NCBI RefSeq assembly: GCF_003704095.1
Contig: NW_020843882.1
Location: 62,001-126,000 of the forward strand
Origin: Pocillopora damicornis
Lineage: Eukaryota
Reading direction: 5' to 3'
DNA: 64,000 nucleotides
Every line of letters starts with the position of its first letter. Position 1 is the stretch's first letter. Made by a program: the position numbers and the translations under genes. This document shows positions 49,173-61,500 of the stretch, one piece after another. The notes below the pieces were generated by a model that was not told the origin of the DNA, searched no databases, and worked only from the letters and a program-made list of their open reading frames with translations.

Positions 49173-52100
49173 CGGGAACGGTAATTTTGTTCCTTTGATT
49201 GCTTAATTTCATCAAAATCCAACATTTTCTATAGTTATTTTGTTAAATTTTTACTTTTCCTTCTCTTTTAAGGCGTAGAAGAGTACCACTGTAACTACTG
49301 CCAAGCAGATTGCACGTCACTTCGAGTGAAATGTGCAGAATGCACCGATTTCGATTTGTGTCTTCAAGTAAGGATTGTAGAGTTGTTACTGACTCGTTGA
49401 TCTATCTTCGTCATTAAGCTCTGTCTTTTTTATTATTCAATCACTGATTTCGTTTTAGTGTTTCGCTTGCGGCGCGGAAATGGGTAAACACAAAAGAGGA
49501 CACGATTATCAACTTATGGTAGGTCACGTGATGATATGCGCTTTCACAAGCCTTGCAAAAANNNNNNNNNNNNNNNNNNNNNNNNNNNNNNNNNNNNNNN
49601 NNNNNNNNNNNNNNNNNNNNNNNNNNNNNNNNNNNNNNNNNNNNNNNNNNNNNNNNNNNNNNNNNNNNNNNNNNNNNNNNNNNNNNNNNNNNNNNNNNNN
49701 NNNNNNNNNNNNNNNNNNNNNNNNNNNNNNNNNNNNNNNNNNNNNNNNNNNNNNNNNNNNNNNNNNNNNNNNNNNNNNNNNNNNNNNCATCTTATTATTC
49801 TGGTCATAAGCCCAACTCCACCCTCCCCTCACCTGTTTATTCCTCATTCTGAGTGTGCGTGTGAAGAGTCCACAATATTGGTCTGAGGTCAGCCTGCAAG
49901 TATGTGCAATGATCATTACACCCACTTTCCCAGTCTCTCTTCCAAGGTTCTGATATTTGTCAAACTTTCCTTCCTCTCCCTTAAACTGAGTTTTCTAGAA
50001 CTGTGATGTTAATTGCTTGAAGAGACTTATTACTTGATATGTCTCTTCATGGTTATTGAGAACCAACAAATGAAGTTATCTTGCTCTGTTCTCATGACCA
50101 CTTTGAATGCTGCATATTTATTTGAAAGTTTGTTTCCCCATGACACTCTGTGATACTTTAATATATCATTACCTTTACTGCAAAAAATGGTATTTTTTCA
50201 GCTTATTTCATTACGCCTCTAACATTAATATTATCATCGTCTTCATTATTATTTTCATTATCTTTATTTACAAGTATATCAATATTCAGTTGATATCTTA
50301 AGATAACAGAGGAGATCCTGGTGACATATCTCAAAAACTTGTATTGTTCAGGATGGAGGGACATTTCCATTGTTTACTGAGGACTGGACATCTGAGGAAG
50401 AAGTGCTGCTTTTAGATGCTATAGAGCAGCATGGCTTTGGAAACTGGTAATTGCAATTTGCAATGTGTATCTTACATTTGGCTCACCAACAGTTTTTGAC
50501 AAGCTCCAGTGGAAAGGCTTGAGACTAAAGCTATGCAGTCTGATTGATATGCTTAGGGAAACAGAGTGATCTAATGTTAGCTAACTGGCCTGCCTGCAGA
50601 TTGAAAGGTGTTAGTGTAAACCCTCCCTGGGTCAGTGGCAAGGCACTTCATTGAATGGGTTCTGGGATAGGTACCTGGAAAAAATGTTTAGGGTGTATCT
50701 CTTTTTCTCAAGAGGAGAAGCAATTTTCTCTCTCAATTCATGCCTGAAAAACTAGGAGAAGATCCAGTACCCATGAAAATCAGTCTCATATACAGGATGA
50801 TTGGGAAGTGCAATACATTTTAGATTTTCCTTGTACCATTGTTATTCATGTTTTTTTTTTTTTTTCAGGGATGATGTCGCTGATCACATTGGTACCAAAA
50901 CAGGGAAAGGTCTGCCAGGCATTCAATGTGTTCATTGATTGATTAATTGGTTACTTATTTAACTAACTTTTCACTAGACCACAATCTGTTCATAGCTGAT
51001 AACAAATAAAAGCGTGTTCTTGCCATCAAGGACTTGTATAAAACCCTTTACAAAGTACTGATTGGTAAAGTCTCATCTCACATTCTCAAATATGTAACTA
51101 CCTGTTAACAATTTTCTGATGAATGATAAGAAGCGAATAACATATCCAAGACATTTGCAAAATTGTTTGATCCATTAAGTTTTTGACAAAATTTGGCAGT
51201 AAAAGCTGTTCAAAGTTAGGAATCATATTGAAATGTTTAATTAGGATCTTTATAATTCTTCTGTCTCTCCTTGTTGGCTCGTTTTTCTCAACAACATGTT
51301 GAAAAAGTTTTTTTTTTATAAATCTATCTTTATCAACAGAGACCAGTGAACATTATGCAGACAATTACATCTCAGGAGTTGTTGGACAAGGTAATAATTT
51401 GTGTTAAATATTTCACAAGTTCTTTGTTACACAGGGCGATGATGATGATAATGATATTAACTTTATTCCTGTGTCAATTTATTCAGCTAAACAGTAAGTT
51501 TGTGTTCTGTAAGATTGTATTCTGTATTCTCCAACTGAATATTTTGCAAGCTGGACCAGTTCTTAGAAAGTTCAATGCTCAAGTTATCATCTGACCTCAT
51601 TATTTGTTGTCCTATTACGCCATGACAAATGAATTAAGTATCTCTTTTTGGAAATTATTTCTCTTTGAAAAAGTAGATACTATAAGTCAGTTTACTTCTC
51701 ATGAAGGATAGCTGCTGGATACAGAAAAAAACTGTATCATTTCAAAGCCACGAAGTATTTTTTCTGAAGACAGGATGTGTTTCAACCTAGTGCCTCTGAT
51801 TTCCAATGACAATTTTATAATTTTCTATCTCATTGTGTTATAGCGACTGTTGAACCTTTTAAGAACAAAATAGTTGATCATACATCTGCTGATCAAGGTA
51901 TGGCAAATAACTATCAATTGAAAGTAAAGTTTGATGAATAAAGATGATACCTCTATGCGCTGAAAATAAAGCAATTAGTTTTAATACAATAGCCACACTT
52001 TGAACTGACAGAAGTTGTGTAGAATCTGAACTTTTTATCATTCAGTGACAATTGTCCTTTTGAAGCAGCGAATTTGAATGTGTTACTTGAAGTGCAGTAT

Positions 52101-55100
52101 TAAGTAATTAATCAAAGAGGCCTTTACTTCTCTCCAACTTACAGAAGTACTGTCGCCAACTCTCTTGCACCCTCCTGAACCTGTGGAGATGAATAATACT
52201 GAACAGCAGGAGCTAGGATATATGCCACTCAGAGATGACTTTGAAAAGGTAATTATAATAGAATTTACAGTGCCATTTTACCAGATCATTCAAAATGCTC
52301 AGCCACCTGAGATAACCTTTTTCACAGCAGCCTCAGATGTGATTTAGTGATAGCTTCCTGGCCATTGTAAAGGAAGTTGTGAAAGTCAGCACTATGTTGC
52401 CATAACCTTGTTTTGGTTATAGCAAAACTGTATTTCAATAGTAATCCACAGTTAAGAACTACGATGAACAGACCAAAACTAGTCAAAGGAACTCATCTTG
52501 CCTTACACAGGGCATCAAAAGTACTCATTTTTTGTGAAAAATGTAGTAGCAAGAGGATAGAGCCATTAAGTAACTGGTAGATATTACCCACAATTATATG
52601 AAACATAGCTTAGGCCATTTCCATTTAGAGAGAGAATTCTGCATCCTTGTTGGTAGAGAAATCTCTGACTTTTGAAGTCTCCTGAGCACTTAAAAATTTA
52701 GTCAATACTGCCCAATACTGCTCAAAGGATGTGGCTTGTGTATCACTATTGTGTAACATCATCCATCTAGACTTGATAGGTGAGAAATTGGGAAGTAAAT
52801 CAGAATTTTTTTTTTTTCTGTAGGAATACGATAATGAGGCTGAAACTCTTGTCAGTGGTTTACAGTTCAATTATGATGACGAGGATGTGGAAGTAGGTAA
52901 GGATGAAAAAATTCAAACTTGGCGAAGTGTTTTCAAGACATCCTAAAGGGTTTCACATACATCTCTGCTCAATTTAGCAAATTGGAATCATGTAATTATT
53001 TGCTTACAGCACAATGTATACAGTTAGCTCCAGTAATCTAGTTTCTGTTTTGTTTTGTAGATTTAAAGCTAGGAATAATAGATATGTATTTAAGAAGACT
53101 CAAGGAAAGACAACACAGAAAGAAGTAAGTACAAATAACTTTTTGTAAGAAACATTTTCAACTGACTGATGGATGTATCCCTTACAGCTTTGCAAGCTGT
53201 TTTCCAAGTAGGGTTCATATTAAAAGATTGTAATTTCAAAGCCAGTAAAAGCCTCTGTTATGCAGTTCCATTATTTTTTGGCATGTTTTAGTGTTTATTT
53301 GTTTGTTCTTGTTTGTGAGCAGCTCATTTCAAATCTTATCCTCACTTCATCCTGGTCAAGATGTCTGTGGTAAGAAAGTGCCAGGTTGTTTTTTTAAGGG
53401 GGTGGGGCTGGGGGGTTTGGGTTCAAATGACCCCACCTCCTTTTTTTCAAAGGAGTTATTGATTTATAGTTTTAACAAAAAAGTGACTTAACACTCTCAC
53501 CTCTTATTGCTGGTATGACATTAAGGTAAACACCAAGCTAGAAAGATCTTCTGATACAACCCCCTGAGTAAGCTCAGATAAAAAGTCTTGTAATCTAGTT
53601 AGTTGAAAAATTTGACATAGTTCTCCTCTCTTTTGTAATGTTTAACCCCTTACACCCCAAGAGAGATAAGCATCTAATTTCTCCTCACTGTATCATCCCT
53701 GAATCACACATTAAGGTGACAAGAATAAAGAAAATGATCACCAACTAAAGAAGCTCTTGATTTTTAAACAAATTCTCCTTGTCAGAACCTTAGGAAATGT
53801 ATTGAGAACAGTATGGAGAATATGCATACTGATGTTGGGGTGTAAAGGAGTAAGGTGAAGGTTTACAGGTAGTTCATGTACAGTAGCATTGATGACAATG
53901 TTTTATTTCATTTCTTTCCAGCATTGCAAGACAACATGGACTCATTGCCAGCAAACATAGAATAATAGGTACCAAAATCCAGCTAATTATCTCATATTTA
54001 TTACACAGCATGTAATAACTGTTGCCCTTACATGTATCTTCACAACTCAACTCACAGTGGCCTTTACAGCCACTTTGCCAATCATAATTAAAAATAAAAA
54101 AGATTTTGTCTGTGCACCCTTGTGCGTAACCAGTTTCAGTTATTAAAAGCTGTACCAACTTATCACATTTATGACATTTGATGAAACTTTTAGTTTATTT
54201 TACTATTTTCCTTCTAGCACCAGTTATTTTTGAGCAGATTTTTAGGAAGGGGAGGGTTCTTTTCAAAGGTTGTCAATTTTAAGTCATGTCCTCACAGAAG
54301 TCTATGAACATATTTCATGTAGAGACTTTGTTTTTGTTCCAGCTCTTCGAAGAAAGTACAGCAAAGAGGACAGGTTAGTGATCTGTGTACATCAACAGAG
54401 AACAAAAAGATGATGAGATTATGATTTTTCTTTCCCAGACATTAGTTAATTGTTCCTATGACCTTTAAACAGGGCTTGACAGTTTTATTGTACTGTTTTC
54501 TTAGTGCAAGTTGTTACTTCCAGCATTGGAAACTGTACATGATGATGTTTTAAAATCACCTTCATCTTTTATTTGTAGGGAGTTCAGGGATGCCACCAGA
54601 GTTTTTGCGAGATTTAAAAGCCACAGGGAATGGGAGGAGTTTCTAAATGGTCATTTACGTAAGAAGAAACAGTGCCCAAAGTTATTAAACTTGTAACTTA
54701 AATCTTTGTGACAAATGGATCTCAAGTTTTCACTGTCTGTACTCAATCAATGACAATAGACGTTAAGTCAGAAACTGAAACAACGAGAATTATTAAGTTT
54801 TGAACAATTTTTTATGGGTGTGAAAGTTTACCATTTTGTCCGTGTGTTTTGAAATTGTCAAATTTTTTTTGATGCACTTTCAGGCGAAAGGGAATTGAGA
54901 GCAAGAATCAAAGATCTCACGAGATACAGAAAGAATGGAATCACAAAATTAGCAGGTAATCTTTTGCTAAAGTAAGATCTAAAACGAGCGGGACTTTATA
55001 TGTAGTAACGGCAATACGGCGCTCAAAAGAGATTTAAATTTCTTTTTTATTGCAAGACAGAGGATTAGTATAATGAAATCGGTACAATGTAACTTTGTTT

Positions 55101-57599
55101 TTCGTGGAAAACATTAATTTTACAGGAAGCCTTATCAAACACGAGTTTGTCTAGGAAAGCGAATTGATTCTTAAAAAAAGTGTTATCTCAGTGAATCTTA
55201 CATTTAGAATTTTAAGGCGTTTTCCGTTAAAGCTAAACTGGGTAAACCGTTTGACGCGTTTTCAGAGTGTCAAGAATATGATGAACAAAGGTTGCGACGA
55301 GAGAGAAGAAAGGAAAACAAAAGGAAAATGGTGGTAAGTCTTTGTACGCTTTCTGGCCGAAGTTAGAATTGTCACGACATGGTTGTGATGGAGCTTTTTG
55401 GATTTTAGCTTCCAATTTCAACATGGTGGAGCAAGTTAAACTCTCAGAAGTGATTAACATGTAACTTCTTCTTATAATATCCATACATTCCTTAGCAAAC
55501 AGGCAATGAGAATACTCATTAGGTAGAAGTTGTATGTTGATCTAACACCAAATTCTCGTAACTAATTTATTAGGAAATGTGTAGCGGCAAGAGGGGAGAA
55601 TTAACAATCAGATCTTTTGAGTCTAAGGGTTTATTTGTGATCAACAGCAAGATCTTCAGTGACCACAGTAAATAAAGCAATTGACATAATTATATTTTTC
55701 TGGTCCTTCCTAGGGTGGAACCCAACCGAGAAGAACGAACGTGTCGATGGGAAAAAAGAACGAGTAAGTGAATTGAATATTGTGGATTGTTCTTGAATAT
55801 CTTCTCTTCGTAGATTCTAGAATATGTCACCATATTTATTCGGTGAATTTTTTTCCTCCGTAGGGCCTCATCAGAAGACAAGGACGAAAAAGGTACTAAA
55901 CTTATACGATTCATTATGACAAAAAGTTGTACCCTCTTGTGTGGACATAACTCGAGTCTGCAGACTAAAATTGCAAAGTTGCGCACAATTCAACTGTTTG
56001 TTCTTCCTTTGCAGATCGATCGCTATCGTCACCAAGTTTTGAAGATCAGATGAAAAACTGTCCGACCTACAATTTACTGTCATTAATGGAGAGACAGGTG
56101 GGAAAGATGGCTGTGGTTTATCTAAACGTTTCTTTAAAAAAATTTTAGGACGTAAAACAATGTGCTGTGATGTACCTGTAAGCGAACATGTCGAAATGTA
56201 AGCATTGATGATTCTCCATGGAGTTTTGACGCACCTCCCACGTTGGACAAGTTAGAGTCCATATGAGAGCGCTTTTCGAGCGACTGTCGTAAATCCAAAT
56301 CTGAAGTTATCACAGCAGCCAATCAGATGTTGGAAAATATTGTAAGGAGCCAATGAGAACTGAAAATAAAACAAGCAAATTGCTTCAAGCGCCGAAAAAC
56401 ACCAGTGAACAAGACGCGATTAGCTTAAGTTTTGTATCTGATTGGTCGAGAGGATGGCGCTAGCTCTTTAGACCAATCACTGAGCAAAATGAAGCAAAGC
56501 CATCACAATCCCGGATTTCGGTAAACGCCCATTTGAAAAGTGTTCTATAGGAAGGAAAGTATTTGTACGAACCTTATCTTTAGTAGCCCTCTGAAAATTT
56601 GTTTTTCTCTTCCACGACAGCTCTGCGCTTCTATGCACATGAAACCTGGATTTTATCTTACAATCAAAACAATTGTTTTAAAGGTGAGTTAGTTTAATAT
56701 TAGGTTTTTTTCGTTTCGCTGATTTTTTTTACTCGTGCGACGGACTTCGCTAAAAAGGGGAGATTGCTCGTGGTCTTTGTTCGACGCAACTCAGCCGTAA
56801 CTCATTGGAGAATGTTAACTCGGTGTATTTGTTCAATATCCTGGCACAGTCAAGGTACACTGTTCAATGAACGAGGACGGTGTAGTCATGTGTGGGTTGA
56901 ATTTGTTGTTGGTTATCGTTCGTTCACTGAGTACACTCCGGGTTTCTTGTTAGTCCTTCTTCAAGAAAAGCTAACATACAACAAGTCTATTCTTCTGTTT
57001 TTCGCGTCAATATGTTCCCGCCAACAGCGTAGCTCCATCTTTCTGTTTATAAATCACACAGAACTCCTAGTTCCTCTGATTCGCTCTGACGAAGGGCTAG
57101 CGCTAGGACATCAGCTTTAGAAACTCTTTACGGAGGCCACTTATTTTGTAATATCCCCCACCCCTCCCCCGCCCCTTACCGACGTAGGACCACAGTTTCT
57201 TCAGGTCTTTAACCTCTTAAACCAAATCAGGTTAGGTCACCAGCCGCTGGTCGCTAAATGAGCCTGCGCTCCTTCCCAGATAACAGCGGATATCTAGCTT
57301 TAAACCGAGCCGACCTGGGTGCAGACAGCTGATAGGGAGGTTTATATACACCTCCGCTTTGATTTACACCTTATTACAAAATACCTTAACGCCTAGGGGA
57401 AAGGTGTAGGATGTACTGTACATAATCTTGCGTTTTTACCATCTAAGAGGGCTGATAAGTTGCTTTCCTTCTACAGGACAATCTACTGAGAAGGCAAGGT
57501 GTTCAGGTTAAAACTCGATATCCACCGAATCTGGACAAAACACATAGAAAACACATCATGAATTTCCTCAAAGAGAGCGGCTGGGTCGCCACTTCGTGA
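49162..57599 (+). CDS. TADA2B: Transcriptional adapter 2-beta (SAGA subunit), ~20 small exons
   Basis: ZZ finger (HCNYCQADCTSLRVKCAECTDFDLCLQCFACGAEMGKHKRGHDY), SANT (WTSEEEVLLLDAIEQHGFGNWDDVADHIG), LGYMPLRDDFEKEYDNEAETLVSGL, RYRKNGIT, and a TADA2B-type C-terminus RQGVQVKTRYPPNLDKTHRKHIMNFLKESGW; stop TGA at 57597-57599. Confidence 0.92.
53642..53853. mobile_element. piggyBac-like MITE in a TADA2B intron
   Basis: TTAA|CCCCTTACACCCCAA ... TTGGGGTGTAAAGGAG|TAA inverted ends; same family as 26178-26381. Confidence 0.65.
55436..55633. mobile_element. piggyBac-like MITE (degenerate) in a TADA2B intron
   Basis: Ends TTAAACTCTCAGAAG... and ...GAGTCTAAGGGTTTA; the body resembles the reverse complement of 4661-4860. 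Confidence 0.5.
56263..56549. mobile_element. CCAAT-rich MITE-like repeat in a TADA2B intron
   Basis: Imperfect inverted ends ATGAGAGCGCTTTTC / GAAAAGTGTTCTAT and several internal CCAATC/GATTGG motifs. Confidence 0.45.
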
Positions 57600-57953
57600 T
57601 GCTGACACAACAGAGTCATTCGATGTGAATACATAATACAATATAAAGTGACTTCTAATGTACTGTACGATGACAGAATGTACAAAGGAAATGTAAATAT
57701 TTAGGCCTATAGTCCACTGAATGATAAGTAATATTTAAGAAAGATTGAGGTGTACAGTTTTAGTCCATATGTAAGCGGCGAGTTCAGCCATAAAAATGAA
57801 GACGAGTGGAGGGTGTTTTACAAAATGTCAGTATCAAAAATTAAAGTGAATTATGACACTAACAGATGGTAGAGTGATAGTTGAAGTGAATTTTGTGATT
57901 GTATGTGCGTGTTTTTGTGCGCGCACCCCTCAGATACTGATTTTAAACAATCC

Positions 57954-58218
57954 CTATGACGCGTTCCGAGCTGCCCTCTCTCCCTTCAACTATGTGACGT
58001 GTTCCGAACTGTCCTTTCTCCCTTCAACTGTGTGACGTGTTCCGAGCTGTTCTTTCTCCCTTCTACTGTGTGACGTGTTCCGAGCTGTTCTTTCTCCCTT
58101 CTACTGTGTGACGTGTTCCGAGCTGTCCTTTCTCCCTTCTACTGTGTGACGTGTTCCGAGCTGTCCTTTCTCCCTTCAACTGTGTGACGTGTTCCGAGCT
58201 GTCCTTTCTCCCTTCAAC
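57954..58218. repeat. Minisatellite, ~7 copies of a 38-bp unit
   Basis: TGTGACGTGTTCCGAGCTGTCCTTTCTCCCTTCAACTG repeated head-to-tail with no spacers. Confidence 0.93.
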
Positions 58219-58528
58219 GATCACATCCCTCGATCGTCTTAAACTCGAGTTTAAGCCATTTACCGTGTTTTTGTTTTGTGTTGTTGAAACAAATGTTGTC
58301 TTATTAAGACTCTTTGAAGCTGCACATTAAAGGAGGATACTTTTATTTATTTTGACCAATCAGACATTTAATTTAGGCTGTTATCGACTTCCGGTAGGAA
58401 AGATAATCAGAGTTTTGAGTGAAATAGTGGATGAGACAATCACGAATGATGTTTATGAGGCGCGTCATCTTAAACCAAGTGACTTAAAAACTTCACGGTG
58501 AAGAAGTAAAGGCAAAGTAGTTGGAGGA

Positions 58529-61500
58529 TTATTTGAGATTAAGGCAGGGAGCTTGAGGTTGTAAAGAAATCCGTTCTCGTACTTCTTGAGCTGTCATTAA
58601 CTTTGAAAAGAGATGTGGATCGAGGGTTTTGGGTGTGCACAACAAGACTTGCTCTCCATCCTGGTTACCGCAAATCTGAAATGACAAAATCAAAGGAACA
58701 ATTATCAGCTTGTGACTTAATTGAAACCTAGGGTTTTTAGTAAACTACAATCGATAACAAAAGTCGTTTACACATTTATACCCGACCACAATCAGTTTAT
58801 AATATTCAATATTAGGATTGTGAGGAGGCAACGCGACGTAATAGAGCGTATTGATTGGGTTTCAACGTGAAGTAACGACCAATAACATCTCAAGGAGTCA
58901 ATGACAGCGACGGTAATTTGATGTTAATGGCCTCAGATTCAACTTCGTTTCCAGGGTCTCTCGTAAAAGAGAGAGCCCAGACACAAAGTTGCCTCAAACA
59001 GGAGCAAACGCGCGTGAGCCCAGGAGGTCCGTGTTTTCTTGACAAGTTTCAGAATTTAATGAGGTGAAATCAATTGCGTCCTGAATTACTTTCGAGTCTC
59101 AATTGGGAATTTCTCTTTCTGTATGCAATAGCAAGCAAAAAAAACTTGAAACAAAGCCATGAATCTCTCCTGTTGTGCACAAAGATAACAGAATGCTGGA
59201 CAAGCAGCGCAACAGTGTTTCGAATTTTGCCAATTTTTTTTTTAAGCCAATCAAGTAATGGTGTGAATCCGTATTTTCTCACCTGCAATGCCATCAACAA
59301 ATCAAATCTGTACTTGATGCTTGTGGGACGAGGTATGCAGGTTATTTTACCAGCTAGGCAAAACTGCTCACCGTGATCCTGAAGACACATTAAAATCAAA
59401 CATTAAATAGGAGCTGGCCATGGGCGGCTGGTTCGGAAAATTCTTTTGACCTGAAACGCTTAATGCTCATTTAATTTTCCCGACCACCCTACCGGTTTGA
59501 GATGACGAAGGTCAATCGTTCATGTAACTCTGATCAGTGACGGTAATGATTGTGAGTAACTGGAGAAGAAGAACCTGCTGAGTGTGGAGATTAATTCCAT
59601 AATTCTAAAACAGAGACAAGAAAAATTGAAGGGAGAAATCCGAGTCCCCTTAGATATTCGAACCATAACAAGTTCCGAGGTCGTAATTGCTCTACTAACT
59701 GAGAGACAGGGAGGCCATCGGTAAGCTAGACCATATTAATATCTGGCAGAAGTTTTAGAAATTGTTTAAACCAGCAATGTTTGAGGCATTCGTCGTAGAG
59801 AGGGTAAACCGGCAAGAATAAAAGAATAAAAACGCTTACAGGCTAATTGAAAAACCAGAAATAAGAACAAGCTCAAACAAACAAAAAAAGGAAATACATT
59901 TATCTGTAAAACAGGAGGTACGTCTCTATGGTCTTGTCGAAGAGTCAGTGGTGAATGAGACAAGTCTTACCTCAAGTTCATCAGCAACAGCGTCTGTATC
60001 AAGGTAATTGTGATAAATTAACGGATTGGCCTCTGTAAACTGTCTGATATCTTCTGGAACCTGAATGAAGCAAGGGGGCGTGAATTTAAATTAACTTTAT
60101 GATAATTTCCTTGACACCAGTCTCTAACGATCACTGTCATTAGAAAACAAATATTTTCGCGAAACTAAAGAAAAATGCATAAATTCTCTTTGTAATAGCA
60201 ACACGAAGTAACGACATTCAATTTAGTGAAGAGAATATCGAGATTGTCTATATATTCCAATTTGTATTCAAGACATTTCTAACGACCGAAGAATGGAGAA
60301 TAAGGTTTTATTTCAATTAATTAATCTTAACAAATTTTAAGGTTCAGTTTCAAACACACAAACATACAAATCCCTTACCTGTGGCTCTGAGGGTTCAGTT
60401 TTATTCACAGTCACTTCATCGGAGGTTTGTGAAGTTCCCGTTTGTTGCTCCTCTCCTTTGCTGGTAGGTTTGTCTTTTGATGGTTCAGTCACGTGCTCCT
60501 TAACCCCTCTCCTACTCCCTTGGGCGCTAATCTTTCGCTTAATTCCTTGGGAACCTCCGCCAGTTGCAATGTCATTTCCTCTGTCTTGCTCACCTTTTTT
60601 GATCACCAAATTATTTATACGGCTTCGCTCAGTAGTTACGTTTTCTTTGCTTCCTCCCGAAACCTCCGCTTTTTCAGTGAAAAGTTTCACGCTTTGATCA
60701 CTCTCCGCGCGCGGACTTCCATTTTTCATTATGTCTCCTTCTTTAAAGATGTCCACAGCTGATCCTTTCGCTTTTCCATCTCCCTCATTGTCGTCTTGTT
60801 TTTCTTTTTCTTTTTCTTGCTTTGTATTAGAATCCTTTTTACAACATTTTATGATCTTTCTACCGAGTTTAAAAAGCAGTAGGAACGGAAGGATGAGGAA
60901 GAAAATGAGGTTGAACAGAAATTCTTTGGTTTTGTTTCGCGGCTTGGTGACCTCTTTTCTGCAAAATATAAAAGTTACTAACTTTAGAAAATAGCTTTCC
61001 TTTTTAAACAACACTTCTTTCCATGCTAGTGTGGTTATCCTTTTGGAAGCAGGTGATGTATAAGTCACTTGTAGTCTGCAACAAGGCTTTTTTGACAACT
61101 TATCGAGTGACAACAGCTTGATTTGAGCTTCACTTACAAAGATAAGCTTAACAGTATAAGACATTGTATATGATTACATCATATTCTATTCATAAGTTCG
61201 TATTAGTTCGACTTAAAATAACAAGGCACAGGCTTTAAGAACTAGTTGAAAAGCATGTGAAAGCACAATATGGAAGAGATAACAATTTTCATAACATTTT
61301 CGCAAGTTTTTCGCAAGCATCTCACATGTTAAATTTCACTTGCGTATAAAATTGTCAAGCGAATTAAGTGTATAACCCGTATGAAGGCTGTGCGTAGATT
61401 TTGCCATTAAGAGCGCCTGAGTTCACGCAAGTATGCGTCTTGTTTTCATTAGGGTAGAAGCAGCATGCATCCTTCCCTCTTAAACAACAATGGATCGTTA

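Noticed and set aside
49480-49925. Several 87-133 aa ORFs (also at 25301-25662, 27177-27377 and 63675-63977)
   Set aside because: They are open only because they run through N gaps; only the first codons at 49480 belong to a real TADA2B exon.
57954-58218. Regular ~38-bp repeats resembling a CRISPR array
   Set aside because: Units are contiguous with no unique spacers, there are no cas genes, and the context is eukaryotic; it is a minisatellite.
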